Virus record (IMG/VR): IMGVR_UViG_3300043774_001004
Coordinates: 25,842-89,841 of that record
Reading direction: 5' to 3' (one strand)
From: a virus
Length of the DNA stretch: 64,000 nt
In this document: piece after piece, positions 38,785 through 48,607 of the stretch
Numbering within the stretch: the first letter of the stretch is position 1
Layout: every line of letters begins with the position of its first letter
The notes under the pieces: generated by a model
Databases searched by the model: none
What the model saw: the letters and a program-made list of their open reading frames with translations, nothing else
What the model was told of the DNA's origin: nothing
Translations under genes and position numbers: made by a program

Positions 38785-39554
38785 GCAAATTAAAACTTAT
38801 TGCTGGACCTTGTGTAGTCGAGGATAAAACACTTACTTACGACATAGCAGAGTATCTAAAAAATCTTGCAACAGAATTAGATATAGAGCTTATATTTAAA
38901 GCTTCATATAAAAAAGCAAACAGGACATCACTTGGCAGCTTTACTGGAATTAACGAAAGAGCTGCATTAAAAATCTTAGATGATGTTCGCAGATTCTATG
39001 AAATTCCTGTACTTACAGATGTACATGAAACCAGAGATTGTAGAATGGCTTCAGACCATGTTGATGTCTTACAGATACCTGCATTTTTGTGCCGACAGAC
39101 AGATTTATTATTGGCAGCAGGTAATACAGGTCTAACCGTAAATATCAAGAAAGGTCAATTCATGTCACCTGAGTCTATGAAATACGCTCAGGATAAAGTT
39201 AAATCTACTGGCAACAACAATGTTTGGGTTACAGAGCGAGGAACTACATTTGGCTATGAAAATCTAATAGTCGACATGACCAGTATTCCGAAAATGAGAA
39301 TTTTCAATGATAATGTGATTATGGATTGTACACATTCCGTTCAAAAGCCAAATCAACATGGCATTACAGGAGGTGATCCAAAAATGATTGAAACCATGGC
39401 CTTATCAGCTATAGCAGCTGGTGCCACTGGCCTCTTCATTGAAGTACACCCTGAACCCCAAAAGTCTAAAAGTGATGCAGGTTCTATTCTCCAGATAGAT
39501 AAACTTCATTCGATACTTGAAAAGTGTCTTAAAATTAGAAAAGCGTTATTATGA
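38781..39554 (+). CDS. kdsA: KDO-8-phosphate synthase
   Basis: IAGPCVVE, KANRTS, QIPAFLCRQTDL, NIKKGQF, ERG, THSVQ. Confidence 0.95.
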   Translation: MSKLKLIAGPCVVEDKTLTYDIAEYLKNLATELDIELIFKASYKKANRTSLGSFTGINERAALKILDDVRRFYEIPVLTDVHETRDCRMASDHVDVLQIPAFLCRQTDLLLAAGNTGLTVNIKKGQFMSPESMKYAQDKVKSTGNNNVWVTERGTTFGYENLIVDMTSIPKMRIFNDNVIMDCTHSVQKPNQHGITGGDPKMIETMALSAIAAGATGLFIEVHPEPQKSKSDAGSILQIDKLHSILEKCLKIRKALL

Positions 39555-40318
39555 AAATAGTCTGTGTTATACCAGCAAGATGGTCTTCTAGCCGACTTCC
39601 TGGTAAACCACTAGAAAAGATTGATGGTTTACCAATGATTGAATGGGTTTACAACGCAGTTTGGACCTCAATTGAAGAAAACCACCAATTAGTTGTTGCA
39701 ACCGATGACCATAGAATTTTTGACTATTGTAAAAGCAGAGGCATGAATGTAGTCATGACCTCCAGTGAACATTCAACAGGCACTGAACGTGTGATTGAGG
39801 TTTCTCAAATGCCAGAATATAAAAATGCAGATATCTATATCAATGTACAGGGCGATGAGCCTCTTTTAAAGTCTTCAGATATCAAAGGTATTATGATCGG
39901 CCTAGAAAACTGGGAAAAAATACACGGTCAAAATATAGTCGGCACTCTTTTGGCCAATCTATATAGAGAAGAGGCAATGGATAGAAACTGTGTCAAAGCA
40001 GTAGTCAAGCGAAATAATTCGCAAATCATTATGTTTACCAGGAGTGGCTTATATGATTATGATGCACAGGATGCTGATATTTTTAGAAGACACGTTGGTA
40101 TTTATGCATTTACAAAGAAAAGTCTTAAAAACATTTCTCGACTTAAGAATAAAACTAAAAACGAGAATGCTGAAAGCCTAGAGCAAATTAGATGGATGGA
40201 TCATGGCATCAAGCTTATTGGATCATATACAAATTCACATCTCATTTCAGTAGACACTGCAGCAGATCTTAAAAAAGTTAGAGAATATGTTAAAAAACAA
40301 AATCAAACAACTTCGTGA
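39551..40318 (+). CDS. kdsB: CMP-KDO synthetase
   Basis: IPARWSSSRLPGKPL, VATDD, TGTER, NVQGDEP, HVGIY, ESLEQIR. Confidence 0.93.
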   Translation: MKIVCVIPARWSSSRLPGKPLEKIDGLPMIEWVYNAVWTSIEENHQLVVATDDHRIFDYCKSRGMNVVMTSSEHSTGTERVIEVSQMPEYKNADIYINVQGDEPLLKSSDIKGIMIGLENWEKIHGQNIVGTLLANLYREEAMDRNCVKAVVKRNNSQIIMFTRSGLYDYDAQDADIFRRHVGIYAFTKKSLKNISRLKNKTKNENAESLEQIRWMDHGIKLIGSYTNSHLISVDTAADLKKVREYVKKQNQTTS

Positions 40319-40766
40319 GTTTAAACCGACTCTAGATAAGTTAAGACACGTTTTAAAGTCATTCAGTTACAGGGTCTATTCAACCTGTATCACAATTACA
40401 ATTGCGTATCTAGTTTCAGACGACCTTGAAAGGGCCATGTCAATCGGCGCAGTTGACTTCAGTGTTAAATTATTCACATACTATATCCATGAAAGGATTT
40501 GGTTTTATATCCCATTTGGTTTACAAAGACCTCGTAAAATACATTCAGAAATTTCTTGGGAACCTGACCCTGAATCTTGGACTCAGGTAGCTTTTATACA
40601 AAGTGAAAATGGCAAAATGAGAAAACGTGCTAAGATCTTAACAGATGGTCATGGCGATTACAGAGCCGTTTTATCTTCATACAATTCTGATACAAAGGCT
40701 CGCCATAACGATATAATAAGTGGTACTAAAGAAACTATTGAAAATAAATTAAACATCAAATTATAA
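40287..40766 (+). CDS. DUF2061-like membrane protein
   Basis: [24 protein letters not shown]. Confidence 0.65.
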   Translation: MLKNKIKQLREFKPTLDKLRHVLKSFSYRVYSTCITITIAYLVSDDLERAMSIGAVDFSVKLFTYYIHERIWFYIPFGLQRPRKIHSEISWEPDPESWTQVAFIQSENGKMRKRAKILTDGHGDYRAVLSSYNSDTKARHNDIISGTKETIENKLNIKL

Positions 40767-41719
40767 TGGCAGAAAATCTACATTGGCACGAACATACAGT
40801 GAGTCGTGAAGCAAAAGAAAAAACATTTAAACAAGAAGGTAAAGTCTTGTGGTTTACAGGTCTTTCAGGTTCTGGTAAATCAACTCTAGCAAATGCAACT
40901 GAACATAGTTTACATCAACTGGGTTATAAAACCATGGTTCTCGATGGTGACAACATCAGAATGGGACTTTGTAAAGATCTAGGCTTTTCAGATGCTGATC
41001 GTCAAGAAAACATTCGACGTATCGCCGAAGTTGCAAAACTGTTTGCTCAATCAGGAACTATTGTCTTGACTGCATTTATTTCACCATTTAGATCTGATAG
41101 AGATGCAGCCAGAGAAATCATCGGTGATGACTTCATTGAGATATTTGTAGATACGCCACTTGACGTGTGTGAACAAAGAGATCCTAAAGGTCTTTATAAA
41201 AAGGCAAGAGCCGGTCAGATTAAAGGCTTTACAGGTATTGACTCTCCATATGAAGCACCTCTAAAACCTGAGCTTAAAATTGATACAACCTTAAATGATA
41301 TCGATACATTGGCTGGAGGTATTGCAGCATATTACACAGTAAGGTTTGCAAATAAAGAGGTCAATAATCTCGATAAGCGTAAGACGGTTGCAATTGATTT
41401 TGACGGTGTAATTCATAAGTACTCACAGGGTTTCAAAGGTCTAGATAATGCCTATGACGAACCAATGGAAGGCACGTTCCAAGCACTTACTAAACTTAAG
41501 AGTCTTGGTTTCCAATTAAAGATCATGTCCAGTCGACCAGCACCTGTAATTGAGGAATGGTTAGAAAGATATGGCATGAGTGAACTTATCAGTGAAGTTT
41601 CTAATCATAAGTTTCCTGCAACCATATACATTGATGACAGAGGCTTTAAATTTGAGTCATGGGATCAAGTTGATGAGATTATCGAAATCATGAGTGAACA
41701 ATTAGAATTATCAAAATAA
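40766..41719 (+). CDS. cysC: Adenylyl-sulfate kinase fused to a C-terminal HAD-like domain
   Basis: [33 protein letters not shown]; C-terminal [14 protein letters not shown]. Confidence 0.92.
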   Translation: MAENLHWHEHTVSREAKEKTFKQEGKVLWFTGLSGSGKSTLANATEHSLHQLGYKTMVLDGDNIRMGLCKDLGFSDADRQENIRRIAEVAKLFAQSGTIVLTAFISPFRSDRDAAREIIGDDFIEIFVDTPLDVCEQRDPKGLYKKARAGQIKGFTGIDSPYEAPLKPELKIDTTLNDIDTLAGGIAAYYTVRFANKEVNNLDKRKTVAIDFDGVIHKYSQGFKGLDNAYDEPMEGTFQALTKLKSLGFQLKIMSSRPAPVIEEWLERYGMSELISEVSNHKFPATIYIDDRGFKFESWDQVDEIIEIMSEQLELSK

Positions 41720-41720
41720 T

Positions 41721-42287
41721 ATGAATGAAGACTTATGGTGCTGTTACAGTGATCTACCATCGCCATCAGCATACATTCAAAGTAATACAAATAATATGAG
41801 TAAAGAATTAAAAGACCTAGGTAACGGTTGGTCAGTTACAAATCATGGTGGTCAGCCAATGGGCCTGACAGATAAGCAATACGCAATTTTTATTGGTCGA
41901 TTTCAGCCACTACATAATGGTCATATCGCCCTATTCCGCCAAAAACTTGACTCAGGCGTTCCACTTTTAATCATGGTCAGAGATCTTCAACCAGATGAGC
42001 GTAATCCATTTACAACTGAACAGACTGTGAAAATGTTAAAGAAGGTTTTCAAAGGTCAAGACGTGAAAGTCATGATTATTCCAGACATTGAAAGCGTGAA
42101 CTGGGGTCGAGGTGTTGGATATGAATTAAATGAATTTGTACCACCAGCAGATCTTGGCGCAGTATCTGCAACGGCAATCAGAAACGGGATTAAAGAAGGT
42201 AATAGTGATTGGAAGAAAATGGTCGATCCAATTATCCACAAAGACGTCATTAAATATCTAAAGGAAAATAATTTGATTGTTGCCTAA
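41721..42287 (+). CDS. HxGH nucleotidyltransferase (cytidylyltransferase-like); alternative start 41796
   Basis: FIGRFQPLHNGH, GRGVGY, SATAIR. Confidence 0.8.
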   Translation: MNEDLWCCYSDLPSPSAYIQSNTNNMSKELKDLGNGWSVTNHGGQPMGLTDKQYAIFIGRFQPLHNGHIALFRQKLDSGVPLLIMVRDLQPDERNPFTTEQTVKMLKKVFKGQDVKVMIIPDIESVNWGRGVGYELNEFVPPADLGAVSATAIRNGIKEGNSDWKKMVDPIIHKDVIKYLKENNLIVA

Positions 42288-42532
42288 TGGAAAATCTATA
42301 CGGATATGGTTTTTGGTATAACCATTTTGAATCTACCTGGTATGCTATACCTAGAGAAAAATGGACCAATTTCTTTTCAGGAATATACGGAGATAAAAGT
42401 GAATTAGAAGGTGTCTTGAAGTCATCTAATATAGATGATTTGATACAACTGATTAACAACCCTGATATTGAAAAGATTAAAAGTTCCGAAGATTATGGAA
42501 ATGCGCTAACTAGCGGTTTCATGGGAGAGTGA
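42287..42532 (+). CDS. Hypothetical protein
   Basis: 81-aa ORF coupled to the upstream stop. Confidence 0.55.
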   Translation: MENLYGYGFWYNHFESTWYAIPREKWTNFFSGIYGDKSELEGVLKSSNIDDLIQLINNPDIEKIKSSEDYGNALTSGFMGE

Positions 42533-42564
42533 CCTAAATATATACCCAAAATAAGCTAGCTCAA

Positions 42565-42999
42565 ATGGCTTATGAGGTTATAGATAAAGTCAAAAATGGT
42601 AAATTAAACCTCATCCTATTTAAGGACTATTATATTCGTGTTAAATTTGATAGAAGCGTTCTTGGTCTTAAAAAACCGGGAACGCTTCTTTCTTTTTACT
42701 CACCTTTAGGTGAAAAGCTTGAATTTTATTGGCAATCAGAAGGCGACACCATTAAGGTGTTTGATAACAAGGGGCTCAGGACCTTCAATATGGTTCCTCA
42801 TACAGCATATCTTATAATAATATCACGTAGAAAGGGCAAGTACTATGTAACATTTAGAGGTGTTGCCAAAAATCACTTCAAAAAAGTTTTCATAGGTAAG
42901 AGTAGCTTACTTATGAGATTTGTAAAAGGTCCTACCATTGGCGAAGTGGGCCAAAAAATCTATTACAGCCATGAAAAACTCAACAATCGTATCAGCTGA
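42565..42999 (+). CDS. Hypothetical basic beta protein
   Basis: 144-aa ORF after AATATATA. Confidence 0.5.
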   Translation: MAYEVIDKVKNGKLNLILFKDYYIRVKFDRSVLGLKKPGTLLSFYSPLGEKLEFYWQSEGDTIKVFDNKGLRTFNMVPHTAYLIIISRRKGKYYVTFRGVAKNHFKKVFIGKSSLLMRFVKGPTIGEVGQKIYYSHEKLNNRIS

Positions 43000-43207
43000 C
43001 GTTCAAATCGGTGACCATCCGGGTTTTGCAGTTATAGAAATTCTAGATAATGGTACCAAAATTTTTATCGAAAGGTACTATCCAACAATATCTGATATTG
43101 AGGTCTTAGTAGCAATCTCGGAAAACAGAGAAGAGGTTATCAAGATCTACAACGACTGGGGTGACTATTACGATTCTATCCCTAAAATGGAACGGTCCAT
43201 AAAATAA
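42971..43207 (+). CDS. Hypothetical protein
   Basis: ORF; ATG 42971 chosen. Confidence 0.45.
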   Translation: MKNSTIVSADVQIGDHPGFAVIEILDNGTKIFIERYYPTISDIEVLVAISENREEVIKIYNDWGDYYDSIPKMERSIK

Positions 43208-43254
43208 TCTGCAACTTACTTTTATTTTAGACTAAATGGTTGTATATTTACCAC

Positions 43255-44196
43255 ATGGAAAAATACAATCGTTATGGTTATGCTTGCATCAATGAAACAC
43301 TTGGCTGCAAAGGTATATCAGCTAATCGACGCATGATAAAAAAGACCTTTGATGCAAAGGGTCTAGACTATGTCAGCGAGCTGGTAATTGAAAATCTAAA
43401 AGACTTAAACAAGATATTGGCCTGGAATGCAGACCATGGTATCACCTTGTATCGCATCACCAGTGACCTATTTCCCTGGATGAGTGAATATGAAATCACT
43501 GAACTACCAAGGCAAAATGAAATCAGACAACTTCTTATTGACTGCGGTTCTACTGCTAATCTCACAGGTCAGCGTCTAACTATGCATCCTGGCCCATTTA
43601 ATGTGCTTGGTTCTCCAGAAGAATCTGCAGTTAAGAAAACTGTCAAAGAACTTAATCAACATGCTCAAATTCTAGATCTAATGGGTCTGGAGTCCAGTTA
43701 TTACTATCCAGTAAACATTCATGTCGGCGGTACATATAATTCAAAAGAAGATACAATGGATCGCTTTTGTACAAATTTCCAAAGACTCAGTGAATCTGCA
43801 AAAAGGCGACTGGTTGTTGAAAACGATGATCGTGGATCTATGTACAATGTCAAAGACCTTTACGACGGTCTATATCAAATCATTGGTATTCCAATTACAT
43901 TCGACTTCCATCACCACAGATTTAACACAGGCGGCTTAACAGAAGAAGAGGCCCTGAAACTGGCTTCAGAAACCTGGCCAGTAAAGCAACTGGTCCATTA
44001 TTCAAGTTGTAAGAAAACATTTGAAGACCCATCATCTAAACCACAGGCACATGCCGACTGGGTTTACGAAAAGGTAAAAACATATGGTCTGCGGTTAGAC
44101 ATCGAGCTCGAGGCAAAAGCAAAGGAACTTGCAGTCCTTGATTATTTCCGCCGAGAAAATTGTAAAATGCTACTTAAAGAATACATAGAACTATGA
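43255..44196 (+). CDS. uvsE: UV-damage endonuclease
   Basis: GYACIN, RITSDLFP, RLTMHPG, ENDD, DFHHH, HAD, EAKAKE. Confidence 0.92.
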   Translation: MEKYNRYGYACINETLGCKGISANRRMIKKTFDAKGLDYVSELVIENLKDLNKILAWNADHGITLYRITSDLFPWMSEYEITELPRQNEIRQLLIDCGSTANLTGQRLTMHPGPFNVLGSPEESAVKKTVKELNQHAQILDLMGLESSYYYPVNIHVGGTYNSKEDTMDRFCTNFQRLSESAKRRLVVENDDRGSMYNVKDLYDGLYQIIGIPITFDFHHHRFNTGGLTEEEALKLASETWPVKQLVHYSSCKKTFEDPSSKPQAHADWVYEKVKTYGLRLDIELEAKAKELAVLDYFRRENCKMLLKEYIEL

Positions 44197-44498
44197 TAGA
44201 GGAATTACCTGAATTTGAAATACAGAGTGCTGAAGAATTAAAAGAGTTTTTCGATACACATCGACTTCAGATATCTACACTTACGTTTGATGCTATCAAA
44301 AGAGCTCTTGACGAAGATCTGACCTATATGCCAGTTATGAAAGTTAGAGTTCATGATTTACCACTTGCAGTAATTACTGTAAGACGTGAAAATTTTGACG
44401 ACTCTTTAAATAAATGCCTTAAGAATTTCCAGGAGGCTGAACTGTACGAAAAATGCGCCGAGATTATTCAATTACTAAAAGATGAGAGGATATCGTAA
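44193..44498 (+). CDS. Hypothetical protein (UVR-like YEKCAEI tail)
   Basis: 101-aa ORF. Confidence 0.5.
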   Translation: MIEELPEFEIQSAEELKEFFDTHRLQISTLTFDAIKRALDEDLTYMPVMKVRVHDLPLAVITVRRENFDDSLNKCLKNFQEAELYEKCAEIIQLLKDERIS

Positions 44499-44857
44499 TG
44501 AATTGGTTGAATAAATACAAAAAAGAAAGCGGCGTGAAAAAATCAACACTGGATCAATTAAGGAAGTTTTTTGGTGGAGATATTGAGTTTAGAATATCCA
44601 GTAAGATCAGACAGGAGATCGGCGAGCTTTTTAAAGAGGCTCAATCTATCCATATCCCTGAAAGAGATCAAGACCTTGAAATAGCCAAGGCTGAACTTGA
44701 AAGGCAATTGGACATTGCTAAAAGCGACCTCAGAAAAGCCAGAAAGTCTTTTAAACGAGGTGAAATGACCAGAGATGTTCTCTTTGAATATGAGTACAGG
44801 TTATTTGAAATCAGAAACCAATTAGACGAAATCAATACTAAACTAAGAGGACTATGA
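44498..44857 (+). CDS. Hypothetical coiled-coil protein
   Basis: 119-aa ORF. Confidence 0.5.
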   Translation: MNWLNKYKKESGVKKSTLDQLRKFFGGDIEFRISSKIRQEIGELFKEAQSIHIPERDQDLEIAKAELERQLDIAKSDLRKARKSFKRGEMTRDVLFEYEYRLFEIRNQLDEINTKLRGL

Positions 44858-45300
44858 CTATTAGAAAATGTGAATTTAAGAATGACTGGATGGTAATGAT
44901 GGTCGACGAATCAGACCTGTCATATCCCACGTTTAAAAATTTATTTGAACATATGGGTCTTGCATTTGCAGATCTTGAAAATAAATTTATTGTTCTTGAT
45001 GGCAAAGAGATTAAAAATCAAAATTTGTCCAAAGATCATATTTCTGCAATAGAAGCCCATGAAATCGGTCATTTTATATCAGACCATGTCGGAGTGATAA
45101 ATAAATCATTAGAAAGGCTTGAGAAAGAAGCCGATTGGGCAGGACATCAAATCTTACTTAAATATAAAAAGACAAAGGCTGCTAAACTATTAGCAGAACG
45201 TTTTAAAGACAAGTATGAGGCTGAAATAACCGAGTACGATGTAAGCGGAACTGAAAGATATAAAATACAGAATTTCCTAAATGAAGTTAAAAACATTTGA
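44854..45300 (+). CDS. HEXXH zinc-metallopeptidase-like protein
   Basis: AHEIGH..EKEAD. Confidence 0.65.
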   Translation: MTIRKCEFKNDWMVMMVDESDLSYPTFKNLFEHMGLAFADLENKFIVLDGKEIKNQNLSKDHISAIEAHEIGHFISDHVGVINKSLERLEKEADWAGHQILLKYKKTKAAKLLAERFKDKYEAEITEYDVSGTERYKIQNFLNEVKNI

Positions 45301-46228
45301 GCAATTTGTTCTTGAAAACATGCAAGAACAAAACGATTTTAAAAAAATATACATTGCCCTAGACGATGATGATCTTCAGGGTGATGACTTTACATATAAG
45401 AAGTTTTGTAGTTCTAATTTTTTCACACCACTGACCAAGTCAACAACTGACCTTGATCCAAACATGCCGATTTTGAATTACTCAAATGATACAATCAATC
45501 ATTTCTGGGAAAAAATCAAAAAGGACAACGTCTACAACCTACCTAAATACTCAGAAGAGGTTAGCAAGAAAGAAAGATTTCATCAAATAGTGGGTCAACA
45601 TGAGAATGTGCCACTTTCTGTATTCACAAAAAATCATGCCCTACAATATCTTAAGTTTCCTGTAATTGCAAAGCCAAGTGATAACCATAGTGGACTAGGT
45701 ATTCAGGTCTTTAAAAAGGCTGAAGAACTTCAGGACAGTGGTGAAGACTTTGCAGTGTACTCAGAATTTGTAGATAAGAAAGAAGAGCATAGATTTATGA
45801 TCTTTAATGGTCAGCTTATAGCCTGGATGGAAAGAAAGCCTCTTAACCAAAAGGCAAAAACTGGAGATGGTGATAAGGATGGTGAAATGGATTTTGCCTA
45901 TGAATATAAAATGGATGAGCAACTACCAACTGAATATGAAGAGGTGGTTAAGAAGTTTATAGTTCTATTTCCAGATCTACCCTATATGACACTAGATGTG
46001 ATGAAAGGCGTAGATGATAAAGTTTATATAATTGAAATCAATTCTAAGGCAGGTATGCCATTTGATATTACAATAAAGCTTTATAAAAACATCTTTGAAG
46101 ATTTCTATGGAAGAAAGATTGATCCAGAATCAGATAAAAATCTAGAGATGATGGCTACTGAGCTTAAGCAAAAGACGCTTGAAAAAGAAAAAGGTAAATT
46201 TACAATAAAAGATGCTTCTAAGGTATAG
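45281..46228 (+). CDS. ATP-grasp fold protein with CTS-like leader
   Basis: FPVIAKP..HSGLGI, EHRF, LDVM, IIEINS; leader MKLKTFEQFVLE. Confidence 0.75.
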   Translation: MKLKTFEQFVLENMQEQNDFKKIYIALDDDDLQGDDFTYKKFCSSNFFTPLTKSTTDLDPNMPILNYSNDTINHFWEKIKKDNVYNLPKYSEEVSKKERFHQIVGQHENVPLSVFTKNHALQYLKFPVIAKPSDNHSGLGIQVFKKAEELQDSGEDFAVYSEFVDKKEEHRFMIFNGQLIAWMERKPLNQKAKTGDGDKDGEMDFAYEYKMDEQLPTEYEEVVKKFIVLFPDLPYMTLDVMKGVDDKVYIIEINSKAGMPFDITIKLYKNIFEDFYGRKIDPESDKNLEMMATELKQKTLEKEKGKFTIKDASKV

Positions 46229-46796
46229 TCAATTCATATCAGAAAAATGGTCAGGTGATAGCATCACGATTTTTGATGTCGATGATACACTGGTTTTAAC
46301 AAGTGCTAAAATCAAAGTACATGACCCATTTACGGGTAAAAATTATGAGATGACACCCAAAGAGTATAATGAATATGAAAGGGATCCTGATCATATTCTA
46401 GATTTTAGTGACTTTACAAATCCAGATGTCCTAAAGGCAGGAAGGATAATTGACTGGGTTATGAATGTTCTTAAAAAGACAATGGCAGTTGAAAGAGCCG
46501 TTGGTATCATTACAGCACGTGATAGTAAAGAATTGATATTAGACTTTTTGAACCATCATGATGTAAGAATCAATCCAGATTTTATTTTTGCGGTTAACAG
46601 CCCTGGTGAAGGGTACGAGGGTAGTAATGCCGAAAGAAAACAACAGGCATTTGAAAAGCTCATCGATATGGGATTCAGGAATTTCAAATTCTTCGACGAT
46701 GATGCAGAAAACTTACGTTTAGCCAAGGAACTTGAGAAGAAGTACGACATAAAAATGTTGACAAGACAAGTTCGTAAACAGTTTCCTAATGATTAA
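46212..46796 (+). CDS. HAD-superfamily phosphatase with CTS-like leader
   Basis: FDVDDTL, ITAR, K, FFDDD; leader MLLRYSQFISE. Confidence 0.75.
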   Translation: MLLRYSQFISEKWSGDSITIFDVDDTLVLTSAKIKVHDPFTGKNYEMTPKEYNEYERDPDHILDFSDFTNPDVLKAGRIIDWVMNVLKKTMAVERAVGIITARDSKELILDFLNHHDVRINPDFIFAVNSPGEGYEGSNAERKQQAFEKLIDMGFRNFKFFDDDAENLRLAKELEKKYDIKMLTRQVRKQFPND

Positions 46797-47370
46797 AAAT
46801 TTCGGTCAGTTTCTTAATGAAAACGACGTCGATGCCAGAATTTTCTGTGACATGGATGGGGTTTTATGCGATTTCGATAAAGCTTTTAAATCTTCAAACG
46901 ATGACGGGTTAAGCTTTGAGGAATACGATAAAGTAAATGGTAAAGGCTCAGGATGGGCTATTATCTCAAAACAGGGTGAAGGCTACTGGTCTAATCTAGA
47001 ATGGATGTCAGATGGCAAAGAACTCTGGGACTATCTAAATACTATTTCAGCACCTACTATTCTATCTTCACCCAGTCGTGAATATAGTAGCATCAAGGGT
47101 AAAATGAAATGGATCAATGCCAATCTGGGTATTTCACAAGATACACCAACTACAAAAAGCAAAGATTGGGACAAATCTACCAGAATTATTCTCAGTTCAC
47201 ATAAACATTTATATGTTTTGCCAGACCCAAATGTTAAGTCAATCCTGATCGATGATACACAATCTAAGATCGATAAATGGACAGAGGCTGGTGGCATAGG
47301 TATTTTACATACCAATACAGTTGATACAATTTCAAAGCTTCAGGATATAATCAAACAATATGGAATATAA
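46789..47370 (+). CDS. 5'(3')-deoxyribonucleotidase-like HAD protein with CTS-like leader
   Basis: CDMDGVLCDF, ILSSP, LIDD, WTEAGG; leader MIKNFGQFLNE. Confidence 0.78.
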   Translation: MIKNFGQFLNENDVDARIFCDMDGVLCDFDKAFKSSNDDGLSFEEYDKVNGKGSGWAIISKQGEGYWSNLEWMSDGKELWDYLNTISAPTILSSPSREYSSIKGKMKWINANLGISQDTPTTKSKDWDKSTRIILSSHKHLYVLPDPNVKSILIDDTQSKIDKWTEAGGIGILHTNTVDTISKLQDIIKQYGI

Positions 47371-48607
47371 AAAGATCGCATCATACGAAGCCCAAGAGGG
47401 TAGCTTCGATAAGGTTCTTCTACTTTATTCAGGAGGGCTGGACACATCCGTTATGTTAAAATGGATTCAGGATAAGTATAACGCTGAGGTTTATGCCCTT
47501 TGTGTTGATATTGGTCAACGTGAAGATTTTGAACCAATTGTCGATAAGGCAATTAAACTAGGAGCTAAAAAATGTGAAGTAGCCAGAGTCGAAAACAAGT
47601 ATGCAATGCTTCAATTAAATGAGGCAATCATGTTTAATGCCGACTATGAAGATGGCTACCACCTGTTCTGTCCTCTTGGTCGAATTGCTATTGCATATAC
47701 TGCAGTTGAATATGCCAGAAAATGGGGTATCAATGTGGTTGCTCATGGAGCAACTGGAAAAGGAAATGACCAGATTCGTTTTGATAACTACATTACTACA
47801 CTGGCTCCTGATATTAAAATCTTGGCTCCAGTTAGAGAATGGGCAATGGGACGTGAAGAAGAGATTGCTTATGCACAAGAACATAACATACCTGTTACAG
47901 CCAGTCTAGAGAAGATTTATAGTTATGATGAAAATCTTTGGGGTTGCTCAGCTGAAGGCGGTGAAATTGAAGATTTTAAGAAAGTGCCACAACTGGATAG
48001 AATTTTGAAATTCACTAAGCTACCTGAAGACTCTATCGACGAGGTAGAATATATTGATATTACGTTCAGTTCAGGTATGCCAATGCTTATAAGTGGCGGA
48101 GAAGATGGTGAAGTAATCATGGATGGTACAACAGCCAGTATAATTAAGAAAGCAAATCACCTGGGCAGAAAGCATGGTATTGGAATTACACATCTTGTTG
48201 AGGACAGGGTAATTGGTCTTAAAGTAAGAGGTGTATATGAGGAACCTGGTGCTGAAATCTTAGTTAAAGCCCATAAAGCACTTGAGAAAACAGTTTGTAC
48301 TAGAGAAGAGATACTTTTCAAAGAACAGGTTGATCGTCAATGGTCACAGTTGGTTTATGAAGGTCGATATTATCATCCCCTAATGGATTCACTGAGAGGC
48401 TTTACACGTGAAATGAATAGTAAAGTTGAAGGTGTTGTTACAATGCGACTATACAAAGGTCGATGTGAAGCTGTAGCCATTACTTCTAAATTTTCTCTAA
48501 ATAATGAGAACTCATCATTTATGAAAGACAACTTTAATCAAAACGCAAGTGCTGGCTTTATTGAGCACTTCGGATATACACAAAGAATCGCATATAATTT
48601 AAAATGA
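47360..48607 (+). CDS. argG: Argininosuccinate synthase
   Basis: YSGGLDTS, HGATGKGNDQIRF, YSYDENLWG, RGVYEEPG. Confidence 0.95.
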   Translation: MEYKKIASYEAQEGSFDKVLLLYSGGLDTSVMLKWIQDKYNAEVYALCVDIGQREDFEPIVDKAIKLGAKKCEVARVENKYAMLQLNEAIMFNADYEDGYHLFCPLGRIAIAYTAVEYARKWGINVVAHGATGKGNDQIRFDNYITTLAPDIKILAPVREWAMGREEEIAYAQEHNIPVTASLEKIYSYDENLWGCSAEGGEIEDFKKVPQLDRILKFTKLPEDSIDEVEYIDITFSSGMPMLISGGEDGEVIMDGTTASIIKKANHLGRKHGIGITHLVEDRVIGLKVRGVYEEPGAEILVKAHKALEKTVCTREEILFKEQVDRQWSQLVYEGRYYHPLMDSLRGFTREMNSKVEGVVTMRLYKGRCEAVAITSKFSLNNENSSFMKDNFNQNASAGFIEHFGYTQRIAYNLK

